Below are positions 18,855 to 31,800 of a stretch of DNA of 64,000 bases, piece by piece. Positions within the stretch are counted from its first letter, which is position 1, and every line of letters begins with the position of its first letter. The notes beneath the pieces were generated by a model that saw only the letters and a list, made by a program, of their open reading frames with translations, had not been told where the DNA came from and searched no databases. The position numbers were made by a program, and so were the translations under genes. This DNA is from Macrostomum lignano (lineage: Eukaryota), in assembly GCA_002269645.1 (NCBI GenBank), contig NIVC01000911.1, positions 186,001 to 250,000 of the forward strand. Direction: 5' to 3'.

Positions 18855-19580
18855 CTGCCGCCCCCTGACTTTCACTAATACAGAGACTTCATTGAGGCAA
18901 TGAAGGACAATAAAACAAAAGATTTTGCGGTATCAATACTAGGAAGTTAATTTTATATCAAAGAAGCAGATTTGAAGAACTACAGTGTATTAAGACACTA
19001 CACGAGTTAGAATTCATTCCCATTGCCTTAAGCGCATTAATTGTGATTCCTCCGGGTTGCTAGGGTGAAAAAAAGGTAGCTATATATATTGAAAGAGGTT
19101 AGAGTGCCGCAACGTGCGCGCGGCCTCATCAAAATCCTACGAGGTACATGTATAGCCCGGGTGCTTTGGCCTTGGTAACCCGGGGCAGCAGAGTTAGGAA
19201 AATGATGCTGGTAGTGTAGGATACTGCAGGGGCCTTGATGCTGGTGGGTTGGCACGCACAAAGCCTCTGGATAGATAGAGATGGCAAAAAGACAGAAGAG
19301 CTGCATATTTTTTTAGACCTGCATGACATGCGCAAGTTAGAGAGTGGTAAGGATCGAGGCCGCTGCGAAACAAAATTTCAGGTCTTCAATGGCGATTTTA
19401 ATTTTTCCCCAAAAGCCATTGATGAAATAATTCGTAGGGAGGTTTTGACAGCTGCTACTGCTGCTGCTTCGAGAGACCGTTCCTGGCTTGAGCTCTGATT
19501 TCCTCAGCTAAACTGCTCAATTCAACTCTCTCATGATGCGCGAATACTGGGAATCCAGTTTTGTAGGCACGCTTGAAACC
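18855..19580. repeat. Dispersed repeat, copy A (about 700 bp; copy B at about 57877-58545)
   Basis: Colinear shared blocks: CAATGAAGGACAATAAAACAAA, ATCAAAGAAGCAGATTTGAA, GATTCCTCCGGGTTGCTAGGGT, GCGCGGCCTCATCAAA, CCCCAAAAGCCATTGATG, AATCCAGTTTTT. Confidence 0.85.
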
Positions 19581-21249
19581 ATAGCGATCCACCACGCTAT
19601 CACCGAAGTCATCACTGCTTCATTAACGATGACGTCTTAGTTTTTTTGGGAATAATTCTGCGGAATTATACATGCATATGCTAGCTAGCTATAGGATATA
19701 TGCTAGCTAGCAATAGGATATATGCTAGAGCCAGCTTTTAAACTTTCTGCTGCATGCCAGGACGACGCCTTTGGAAGTGTTGTTGGCTGAGCTGTCAAAA
19801 AAGATGGTCGCTCCTGTTTCCTGATGCAGTCGATCGATTCACAAGTTCTGTGCAGCCAGGGTCGACAGAAGGAATTGCGCTCGACAGGGCACAATCGACT
19901 TTGGTGGAGTTTCGAGTTTTCTGTCGGTGATAGACTCTTGACTCATGATCTACGAAGGAGGGAGGGACAGCAGGTGAGCTGACGGAAGGATCTGGAAAAG
20001 ACATGTGTGATGGGTTTCGACCTTTCGGCCCCCTTGTGGGGAAGCCTTCGGCCTCAGGTCTCAGAAATAAATCAATTAGAGTCCTGGCCCCCCACTCCTG
20101 TCAGATGGTCAGCCCCATGGTAGCTTGATCGTGTGGCGAGCAGTCTAGGTCCTATAGCTAAGAGAGGGACAGCGAGAGACAACCAGGGAGAATTTTGAAG
20201 GTAGAGATCAGCTAATCCGCAGATTAACTAACCCGCTGCCACCAGCCCGTGCGTCCTGGCTCACACCGGGACTCTCGAAATCGGGCTTTGCACTTACCTG
20301 CCAACTAGTGTCTTTTTGCTGTCAATCTCGAAGTCATAGCCGATGATAAGGGACACTGCTGGGACTAGATCGCATTTGCCATGCAGGTACAGAGGGGATT
20401 TGTGCAGGGGATTCTTGCAGTGGCGAGACTATGAGGTAGCTACATGTACTATTACATTGCTAAATACGAGAAATTGTACTTTTGGCCTTCAACACGCCAA
20501 CCAGCCTCTCCTAGCGCTGATGATAGGCTAACTCGAACCTCAGAGACTGCATGATTCATCACCCGAGCCGCTTGGCTAACCTAGAGTGCACAGAGTACAT
20601 CTCTGGAGCCGATTCTGTACTATTGGCAATTTCGCTAACTGATTTGATAGATTGATCGACTGAGAACTGCCTTGCCATGCTGCCTTGCCTTGCTACTGTG
20701 ACCGGCGCCCACTAGCTTAGCTACTCATCTGAGCCATCGGCGAACAAAGAAATAAAACCGATAAAAATAACTGTCAGACTTAACCTTCTTCTTAGATCAC
20801 TTCACACTTCAGATTGAATTGGAGTTTTGGACTACTAGCAGTATTATTGAATGATTTCTGCCTCAGTAACAGCACTGCTGAACAAAATGAGCAAAAGTGT
20901 GCGCCTAATCCAGCAACTGAAACAGGGGACAGATGAGGAATCACCCAATCAAGTAAGTCTAGGCAGCCTCTCACCCAACCAATCAGAAACTCAACAGCCG
21001 GAGACCAGGTAATCCGCAGTGACCGAATCGGCTTAGTGCTTCGCAGCTGTAGACCCGGGATGGTGCTGATGTCACGGTGTTCGCAGATAGCTAGCAGGTG
21101 ATGCCCTTAACTTTGATGTTTGCAGCTGATGACCGGGGGGACTCGTCCTTGATGATGATGGGGGAGGTCGCAATCCGGAGATCAAGAAACGACGGTCGAG
21201 CTCCGGGACGTCTCAATCTAGGCTAAGGTCCCAGGAGAAGTTGATCCAA

Positions 21250-21420
21250 GCGGGCCAAAAACACCGGTTTAAATAGCCGCCAACTGGACCGCAGTTTGTT
21301 ATAATGGAACACGTCGATTCTGATTGGCTGAGCCGATTTGTTAAAATGAGCGCCGAATTTTCTGATTGGCTAAGCTGGTTGCTACCCAGAATCACGTGAC
21401 CGGGAGATCCTATCAGTTCC
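21250..21420 (-). promoter_or_regulatory. Candidate promoter: two CCAAT boxes on the minus strand plus an E-box (CACGTG); possibly the DYRK2 promoter
   Basis: TTCTGATTGGCT occurs twice (about 21319 and 21360), TCACGTGA at about 21392, in a CpG-rich context. Assignment to DYRK2 is inference. Confidence 0.35.
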
Positions 21421-22217
21421 CACAGGGTCGTAAAAAGATGACAGGTGCGGCCATAAATCAATCAAAATCGCAACAAAATGATTTATGACTTTTCGCGTAG
21501 GATTGACAGAAATTAATGAAAAAATATACATTAGAAAGCTCTTATTAAATAGAAAGTGAAGATAATGAAGAGAAATCACTAATCGCTAATCCCAAGGTAC
21601 TTTTAGGGGTAAAACACATAGCTGTCAAAGCTGTCACACGCTTGAGTGAACCTGAACAATAGGCTCTGACCTCATAAATCTTGATGGCCTGTCAAAATGA
21701 TGAGAAAAAAGCTACCGCCCGCATCCTCTCAGACCATCTGGCGCCCGCCTCAACACTGAGTGAGGCGCAGGTGGCTGTCAGACCAGCTTCGAAAGCGATG
21801 ATTTATGACCCAAAAAGCTGCGCCTATGTTATTATGACTACTAGTATGACCAAAAATTATATCTAGTATAGATTCTACGACAATTCGCAGAAAAAGGATA
21901 AAAATGCCCATTGCCCACTGTTAGTAGGCTAGTAAGTTCAGAGCCCATGTGCTAGCGCGGGATTTGAAAAAAAGTGCGTCCTCATTATGTGAATGAACTA
22001 AAAAAACTGACCAGAGAATGCAGGAGACAAAGCAAACCCAAATTCCTCTGGGAAACTGATAACCGCAAAACTGGAGGACGGACTAGTAGACTGGAGGACC
22101 GGGCTCCTGCGATGGAAACATCTCAGCCGGAGCAACCTTGGGTCCCATACGTTTCATTCAGGGGGAAGGGAGGAGTGTGACGTCTGCACTTTTAGGTGTC
22201 TATGGCCTAACCCAGGA

Positions 22218-22746
22218 CACAGACCTACACAGACCTACACAGACCTATACAGACCTACACAGACCTACACAGACGTACACAGACCTACACAGACCTACAC
22301 AGACCTACACAGACCTACACAGACCTACACAGACCTATACAGACCTACACAGATCTACACAGACCTACACAGACCTACACAGACCTCCACAGACCTACAC
22401 AGATCTACACAGACCTACACAGACCTACACAGATCTACACAGACCTACACAGACCTACACAGACCTACACAGACCTACACAGACCTACACAGACCTACAC
22501 AGACCTACACAGACCTACACAGACCTACACAGACCTACACAGACCTACACAGACCTACACAGACCTACACAGACCTTACACAGACCTACACAGACCTACA
22601 CAGACCTACACAGACCTACACAGACCTACACAGACCTACACAGACCTAGACAGACCTACACAGACCTACACAGACCTACACAGACCTACACAGACCTACA
22701 CAGACCTACACAGACCTACACAGACCTACACAGACCTACACAGACC
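22218..22746. repeat. 10-bp minisatellite (ACAGACCTAC)n
   Basis: Direct. Confidence 0.97.
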
Positions 22747-23039
22747 TTGACGCTTTGACTAAGAGGCGTCCCCCGCCCCTCTTACTTCCACAGTGCGAGA
22801 GCTTTAGAGTACCTGCTAAGCTAAGTCGAGTCCTTCTGCTATAAATGTTGAGGACAGACAGATTCTCGTGGGAAGTGGAATCCAACAAGCCATCAATGCA
22901 GCTTAGCAGTATAGTTGCGTTCCTCTAAAAACTAAACAAACTAGAGGTCCTGAATGACAGGAGCTTAACATTTGCACCCCTTGAAAATGGTATCCACCGG
23001 CCTTGGAGGCAGGTCTAGTCTAGGGGCGCTTACAAAAAT

Positions 23040-23670
23040 TATCAAGGGTGCCCGCGTCCAAGAGACAGGGGCTCCCACCAAGAGTCAGGGGCGCCCACCA
23101 AGAGACAGGGGCGCTTATACAAGACAAGGGCGCTTATACAAAAAGACAGGGGCACTTACAAAAAGACAAGGGCGCTTATACAAAAAGACAGGGGCACTTA
23201 CAAAAAGACAGGGGCGCTTACAAAAAGACAGGGGCGCTTACAAAAAGACAGGGGCGCTTACAAAAAGACAAGGGCGCTTATACAAAAAGACAGGGGCACT
23301 TACAAAAAGACAGGGGCGCTTACAAAAAGACAGGGGCGCTTACAAAAAGACAAGGGCGCTTATACAAAAAGACAGGGGCACTTACAAAAAGACAAGGGCG
23401 CTTATACAAAAAGACAGGGGCACTTACAAAAAGACAGGGGCGCTTACAAAAAGACAGGGGCGCTTATACAAAAAGACAGGGGCGCTTACAAAAAGACAGG
23501 GGCGCTTACAAAAAGACAGGGGCGCTTACAAAAAGACAGGGGCGCTTACAAAAAGACAAGGGCGCTTATACAAAAAGACAGGGGCACTTACAAAAAGACA
23601 GGGGCGCTTACAAAAAGACAAGGGGCGCTTACAAAAAGACAAGGGTGCCCACCAAATATTGGCGCCCTTT
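23040..23670. repeat. 20-21-bp minisatellite (ACAAAAAGACAGGGGCGCTT), related to the array at 45648-46530
   Basis: Direct. The first units are CCACCAAGAGACAGGGGCGC, and the 3' flank is CACCAAATATTGGCGCCC. Confidence 0.92.
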
Positions 23671-23946
23671 AGGGTTGCGGCCTCTTCAATTAACATTAAC
23701 ACTGTCTCTCTCTCAAACCACATCCGCAACTATACATTGCCACTGGTTTAACTGATAGCGCATCTTCAGCTACAGCCATCAACCATCAGCGATTGGTTTT
23801 AAAAAACGTGCGCCCAATGAGCGCAGACGCAAATTTGAATAAAAACGTTTTTAAATAAAAAGCACTTGAATAGATCAGTTTTAAGGCCGACTCCTAAACT
23901 CTAAAGATAGAATCAAGCAGTTGTTTCTGAACTCAAACAGCACGCT

Positions 23947-24860
23947 ATGAACTGCCAAACTTTTGAGCACATTCTACCGCTGCTCCTGCTGCTGCTGACT
24001 GCCAGTCCACCAGTGGCTGGCTTCGTCTTCAAAATTGTGGGATCCGAGAGCTCCGCGATGCCTGCCAGCATGAAGTTTGTAACTGGCAGCGGCACCGTAA
24101 ACTGCTCGCTAGAGTGTGCTCAGATAGCCGACTGCAGTGAGTTCTCCTTGCTGCTGCATGGCCTGTGCCAGCTGTTCAACTTGAGCGCCTTCTCTGGCAC
24201 CTGGTTGAGCTCGCCACCCTGCGAGGTGTTCAAGCTGATGGAAGACCCGGCAGTTGCCACCAGTAAGGAGCGCAACGTCGCTTGCTTGTACTAGTTTAGT
24301 TTATTCTGGTTTAACCTAACCTAAATAGTATAGTATAGAGTATAGAGTATAGAGTATAGAGTATACTTTAACATAACCTAACCTAACCTAAAGTTTAACC
24401 TTCTGGTTTAAGTTTAACCTTGAAGCTCATTCACAACTCTGGCTACTCGTTCCCACAGGTTCTCCGGCCAGCAACATGGCAAAGTTGAACATTTTCAGCT
24501 TCCAGCACAGCAATACCTACATTTGCTACTATTGCAACATCTCTATGGACGGCAACAGGGATCAGAACCTGTACAGCGCTACTGTCCAAGGCATCGGCGA
24601 ATGGTGGGAGGCGCGGCTGGCCGCACCAGCTTTCGTGGCCTACCTCGATCACCATCTACAACCGGTATTTGTGGCCTGAATTGCTCAACAAGTTCAACCT
24701 GCTGGTTGATGGCAGTGAGTGCAACCGAGTGGACCGCACAGAGTCATTCTCCATCGCCAACTTTACCTGCAATGCTTTCGGCAGCGGTGTTCGAGTTGTC
24801 ACCCAGATGACCGACCATCTTATATGCTCTGCGAAGTTGAGATCTACGATTACCTGAGGC
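23947..24860 (+). pseudogene. Secreted PAN/apple + F-type lectin (fucolectin/FTP-like) gene; exons 23947-24262 and 24459 onward; frameshifts at about 24647 and 24822 (pseudogene or assembly error)
   Basis: Signal peptide ([17 protein letters not shown]); PAN-like CSLECAQIADCSEF..CQL; phase-1 intron GTAAGG..CCCACAG. FTP-type motifs are spread over shifting frames: DGNRDQN..EWWEARL (frame A), ITIYNR..FTCNAFGSGVRV (frame B), MLCEVEIY (frame A). The 3' end is uncertain. Confidence 0.75.
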
Positions 24861-25869
24861 GTGAGAAAAATACTTTGTTTAGCAAGATCCTTCTACTAGT
24901 ACATGTACTCAAGGAAAAACATTTTATTTCTCAAAAACGTTCCAAAATTCACTGTTTTATTAATTGCAAAAAGTCAGTACCAAAAAGGAAGTTTATTACT
25001 TTTTTTGAAGAAAAAAGTTATACAAAACTTAGATGAAATCTCTGCTTACTTTGTTATTTTACTTCATTTTAATTGGCCCAAAAACAAGCTATATAAGACT
25101 TTTATTTTGACTCTGAATTTTATTTGATTTTATGAGCGTTTATAGGTAGATTAGCTGTCAAATATAAAACAAAATATTTGCAATAAAAGCTCTAGAAGGT
25201 ACGATTTCCTATCTTTAAAGTTGTATTAGTAATATATATTTTTTTAAACGAAACGAAATCCTTTGCTTATTTTTATAACTTATAATTTATAATATGACAA
25301 TATCGATGGGTTGTTATGGCAACAAACTGCAATTCAAGAGAACAATTTTGTAAACTAGATTTCTTAGAAAAAAATTAGAAGGCAGGTTTTACCAAAAAAT
25401 AAATTACGGAGAATGTAGTTTTTCATTTTTTAGTCCAAAGGATACAGACCCAAAGGCCTATCAACAGTTATTGCCAAGTTTGTACTACATAAAAATGAAA
25501 ACCGCATTTTTTCGGTAAACATTTTCAAGAAACGTATAGCTTCTAATCCTTCTACTTGAAGTAGGCCTTGCCAACACGTGTATCTAAGCTGGTTATAAGG
25601 TGCATTTATAGAATAATTGCGATTAGCTATAAATCACAGCGATAAGAAGCAAAGTCAATGCTTGCTGGTAGTCATAGCAACTAAACTAAAAACATATAAG
25701 AGTATAGCTAGCATATCTCCATGCCAATCAATTGAAGTTGTGGAATTTAAACACGCAGCGCTGCAAGCTTTCAAAAGAGGACAATCACCACCGAAAGACA
25801 GATCAATATTCGCGCGAATGAATAGAAATTCAAAGTGGAATTTGAAAATTCTGATCAAGTCAGAAGCCA

Positions 25870-28800
25870 TCACGGCTCCTCGGCAGCAGCCGAGAATCTG
25901 GTGAGAGAATTCGCCATCCTGCGTCTTGGCTGCCCGTTCTCAGCGACCAGCTTCAGGCCGGGTACTGAGAACACCGAATCAGCTGAAGGCAGTGGGCGGG
26001 GGTTTGGTCTGCGTGTGCTTTTTGAAACTGCCGATTGTTGCCTAAACACCAGCTCGATAAATTCACCCATTAACTAATAGCGTCATTCATTAAGCTATAG
26101 ACTCACTCATCGAATTACTCATAAACTCACTCATCGAATTACTCATAAACTCACTCATGAAGTCACTCGTAAACTCACTCATGAATCACTCATAAACTCA
26201 CTCATGAATCACTCATAAACTCACTCATGAAGTCACTCGTAAACTCACTCATGAATCATTCATAAAATCACTCATGAACTCACTCATAAAATCACTCATG
26301 AAATCACTCATTAAATCACTCATGAAGTCACTCATAAAATCACTCATGAACTCACTCATTAAATCACTCATGAACTCACTCATAAAATCACTCATGAACT
26401 CACTCATAAAATCACTCATGAACACTCACTCATAAAAACACTCATGAACTCACTCATAAACTCACTCATGAATCACTCAAAAACTCACTCATGAAATCAG
26501 TCATAAACTCACGCATGAATCACTCAAAAACTCACTCATGAAATCAGTCATAAACTCACGCATGAATCACTCATAAACTCACTCATGAAATCAGTCATAA
26601 ACTCACTCATGAATCACTCATAAACTCACTCATCGAATTACTCATAAACTCACTCATGAATCACTCATAAACTCACTCATCGAATTACTCATAAACTCAC
26701 TCATGAATCACTCATAAACTCACTCATCGAATTACTCATGAACTCACTCATGAAGTCACTCATAAAATCACTCATGAATCACTCATAGAGTCACTCATGA
26801 GATCATTTGGAACTCTACTACTGAACTCAGTTACAACTATCTCACTCTCGCACACCCCATTCCCTCACTGGGCTGCAGCCGGTGCAGGCAGTCCGGCAGG
26901 CAGTCAAAGTACGGATGCCGCAGCGCCTCAGCGGTGGTGCAGCGCAGCTCCGGCCGGAGCTGCAGGCAGGCGCGGGCCAGCGAGTCGGCGTGGGCGATGG
27001 ACAGCAGGCGTGGCACCAGGCGGTGCAGGCGGCCGCCAGTGGACCCGATCGGTGCCACCCGACGCTGAGGCGACAGCAGCAGCTGCTGCTTGAGTTCTTG
27101 CCGTTGCTGCTGCTGCTGCTGCTGCTGCTCCTCAGTTGGCTGAGCCGGTTTCAGTCGAGCCCATCCGGGCAGTGACGTCACTTCCGGCCAGACTTTCTCT
27201 GTGGGCTGGCCGGTCACCTGCGTGACGCGATTTGGCTTGGCTTAGCATAGTGTGAGTGGGTGAGTCGCTTTTGCAGCTGTTAGTGGTCAAGTAGATAAAG
27301 TAGGTCGATAGATGAGTTAATATATAGTCAAGTATAAAGTAAGTAGATAAGGTAGCTACAGTAGATAAGGTAGCTACAGTAGATAAGGTAGCTAGAGTGG
27401 ATAAGGCAGCTTCAGTAGATAGGGTAGCTACGGTAGATAGGGTAGCTTCAGTACCTTGAAAATTTTCTTCAGCTGATCCTCCGCAGTCCTGGCTCCCGGA
27501 AACAGCGGCGACCCGCTCAGCATCTCGGCGTGGATGCAGCCGACTGCCCACAGATCCAGGGAGCCGGCATAGGTGGTGCTGCCTAGCAACACCTCCGGCG
27601 GCCGGTACCACAGGGTGACAATCTCGGAGCTGTAGGATCTGCTGGGAACTGTTTGAGCTCGGGCCAGACCGAAATCGGCCAATTTCAATTCGCCAATAGC
27701 TGAGATTAACAAATTTTGCGGCTTTAAATCGCGGTGCAAAATGCGACGTTTATGACAGAAATCCAGACCGCGGAGCAGTTGGAATAGGAACAGCTGAAAG
27801 GGGTGTACACAAACTGTGCTCAACTTGATTAGCTGAGACTATACTCAAACTCGATTACCTGACAATAGTAACACTCGATTACTCTAACTGTGATCAAAGC
27901 TGATTTACCAGCATGTTAGCTTAAACATCTACCTATAATTTATCTCACCTTCGCATTGTGAGACCTTAATCCTGTCGGATGCTGTTCCATGTACTTGGAC
28001 AAATCCATGGGCTAAAAAATATTAGGATAAGCGCAGTAGATACTTGTTTATTAAGCTTTTATAATTAAACACGGATAGCTATAAGTCAATTCTCACCACA
28101 AATTCGAACACAAAAGTTAAATTTGTACTGGTATGAACAATGTCGTGTAGGGTGACAATGTTGGCGTGCTTGAGGCCTTTCAGCAAAGAGGCTGCAATGA
28201 GATTAAAATACTTGAATAATACACCTGGATAATACTACACCCAGGTGTGCTAGAATGTTACTCCCGGATATGTTTTAAAACTACACCTGGATGTACTATA
28301 TGAATACGTACCACTCGAGAAGTTACCCAGAACATCACACCAGAGTCGGGCTTTTCTGAAGACAGTTCTTAAAGGACACGGCTAAATGTTCTTTTAGCTC
28401 GTATTTAATTAACCCTCCAGATTTTGTTTTACATTGTCAGAGGTTCTTAGCTACTCAGCCAACCAGTAATTACTGCTTTAAACACTACAAACTTGAAGCA
28501 ACGGAGCTACACAAATGCCATAAAGTCACCTTCTCGTATGGCAGTAAACGGGGTACCCTCATCGTGCTGCAGCCTGATGTCTTTGAGAGCCACGACCGAA
28601 TTCGTGACGCTGAAATTACAGTAGGAAGTTAATCAAATTGCTTATCTCATCGTTATACGATTAAATGAATCGTAATTAAATGATTAGTAATTAGGGCGTA
28701 AACTTAACCACCGGAATGAAGCCCGAAGTCCAAAACACCTCTGCCAAATCAGGGAGCAGAGTATGACTATTGCGCCACGACCCAGGTGGTTCAATTATTC

Positions 28801-31800
28801 CGTGCGCGGCTGCATCCATTTGGGACTTTTTCACAAAAATGGCCAGGGGCTTTGGCGTGCGATTCACACACATGATCGAGGGCTACTGATGATGCATGAT
28901 AATGCAAAACCAAATAACAGCAAATACTGTACTGTGGCTTCGACTTAAACCCTTCGACTTAAAAGACGATGGAACGCGCACAATTAATGCAAAGTTGCCG
29001 ATTTTCCTATCGATCTAATGCAACTGTGGCTACACAGATTATTCTTGTCCCAAGTTTGTCAACCGTAAAATCCCATTTGATGCAATGCAATAAAAAGAAC
29101 AGATTGTATTGTAGATTTTATCCAGCTTTAAAAAACTCGTTGACCAAACCTTCGATCAAACATGCACTAGATTTACGATCCATAGATCCTAGATATCCAT
29201 ACTGGAAGTCCTGGGTGAGATTGCTGAGATTCCACGGCCTATAGGGGTATTTTTGAGGTGTCAAGGGTCAATTGGAAGCTGTTGGCAGGCCAAGCCAGAG
29301 GGTTAAAGCCATGACTTAAAGGGAGGTTTTGATGCTAAAGCCCAAAGGGGGTGCTGATTGTAGTTTATGTCGTTTATGTAGCAGATTGCTAGTCTTGTGC
29401 TAAAAACTAACAACTTCAATTATGGTTTTTATAGAACGCGAGCTTTACGTCCTGATGCCACGGTTATTTTCTAGTGGTACTTGGATACTTCTGGCTTCAT
29501 TCCGGTGTCCTAAGCTGACATTCCATTTGGCTTTATTCAGAGTCTCAGCGGCTCACAGTGAGACGCCCTTGTACACAGTGGCGTAACTGCCTTCGCCCAT
29601 GGCCTCAAGCCACTGATAAGAATTCGAACGGCCAAACGCAGCCAAAGGTTGGCAGCGGCGATTGCTTTTGGTCTTGTCCGAATTAGCAGCGGCATCGACG
29701 GTTGGTGTCCTTGATGCTGCCGACGTCAAAGCCGCAGCACCGCTAGAAGAGATCGCGCCAGTTGAACCAACCACAATGGTGCTGACCGACTGGTGACGGC
29801 GAATCTGCAGGGCGCTGCTGCGTCTGGCAAAGTCTGGCGGTGTGTTTTAAAACGTTGAATGAATCAGTTGATATTCTGAATGCCATATTTCAGCGAATAT
29901 GTCATTATTTCTACTCGCAAGTAAGTAGTATATTGCTCTTATCAGTCGAGTTGATAATTAAGCCGATCAAGTGGAAAATCCCCATTTAATTCCACAGAAC
30001 TGCACTCGGCCATAGACAATCGAGCGAATCAAGCTGATAAAAAGTCTGGACGCAGCGCAAAAACCTCGGGGTTAAGACCATAGACTGTAGCTTCTGCTAC
30101 TCTCAAGCTTTAGCAACAGCTCTAGTGTCTGCGGCCATAACCCCGGAGTTTTCGGGGCCTTAGAGACGTCCGCTAAATGCCTTAGAGAATGCTGGAGTGA
30201 CACATCTAGGAAATATAGACTCTGTGGTGGAGACGATAAACAATGGCTGAAATTTCAGGGCATTCCAAAAAACATGGAAGTTCTTGATTTTCATTAGTGA
30301 AGTTTTTTATACTTTTAAACCGAGTTTCACTTTAAACTTTTAAACCAAAAAGAAAAAAAAACTCTTTAACTCACATTGAAAAAACTTTTGTCTTTGTCGA
30401 CTGGAGGCCGTGTCCTGAACCTGACCGGTGTCGCCAGGTGAGCAGTCTTTGTGAGGAGTTGCGCTGGTGACTCTCTGAGTTGGCTGCGCCTGACCATCTG
30501 ACAGACAGGCGGCGAACAGACTCTGGTTGGATGCGAAGGTTCAGATTGATGTTGGAGACTGCAATCAACGGCAACTATTAGAGAATATTGAGGTTTTAAC
30601 TAAGTTGTCCATTATAGAACCTGTCAATTTTACGCCCTGATACAATGCTCATTTTCGAGTGAAAGTTCTAGAGTCCAACCCAAAGTGAACCGTTATAGAA
30701 GCTGTTAGGAGCGCTTGAAAGACTAAATAAGCCCTCTTAAATATTAGGAATAATAATAATATTATGAATAATATTATTATTGATTACACCTGCCCCAATT
30801 GGGCAGATGTGCAACCGACAGCTCAGCCCCAGCTATTGCGAGGCTTCAACTACCCCAGCTAATACTGGCACCCATTTTACAGCTGGGTGAACTAAAGCAA
30901 TACCAAATATCACCGAAACAATTACCAAAGTACTATTTTAGTATAAAAAACAAGCAAGGTAGTTATTTTTTTCCGTACCTACCTGCAAAATAAATTAGTC
31001 ACGTTATTCTCGTAGGCATTTAGCTTCTGTTCAAAATCTTCAAATGATAGATAGAGTACCTGGTTTGGGTTCAAGGTATTTTATCCGGCTACCGAGATAC
31101 AGTAGTATAGAATCGAAAATCTGATCCACTTTCTATCCCTTGGTTTAATTAATGAAGTTTGCCTAAGAAACGCCGCTAAGGCACGCTCGACAGACAGGTA
31201 CAGCAGTTGATATGGTAAGCTAAATTCTTTATCATACTGGTATCATATCCGCTGCCAGGAACTCTCTCTTTCTCCACTATCCGTTTGCTTCGGGAAAAGC
31301 CGGCTAGCGTAGATGCCTTTGCAGTGGCTGTGGCTTCTGCAGCATGTCTACAGTCAAAGAAAATTTAGACCCATGGTCAGTTGAAGACATGGTTTAGAGG
31401 AGAGAAGAAACGATCGGGGAAGGGTAATTTACCTTCCTGGCCTTGCCCAGACCGAAAAATGGGAACGCAAGTAGAGAAAGGGGTAGGCTGAAAAAGGATA
31501 GAAAAAAAGTTCAGTTGTGTTGCACGATTTGGGCAACAAGCGATGGCGTTTCCTTAGCCCAGCAACACGCATCAGTCTTGTATCTTGCCTGTGCGGACTT
31601 CTTCTACCATAACATATTAGTTCGTATAGCAAATTTCGTCAAGAATGTTTTTGACAAGAAAAGTTAACAATTTCTATTTCTACATTCTTTAGTGCATGTA
31701 GTTAAACTACCTAACGCAAATGCTGCGTATTTTCATTATGTAACTCATCTACATTCTAAACAAGTGCATAGTAGTAAAGTGCTCAGGAGAGTCAGCCTAA

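Noticed and set aside
21705-21800. Imperfect ~70-nt hairpin as a pre-miRNA
   Set aside because: Too many mismatches and no recognisable mature miRNA; needs small-RNA data.
24523-24810. 95-aa plus-strand ORF in lectin exon 2
   Set aside because: Shadow frame; the lectin motifs lie in the other two frames.
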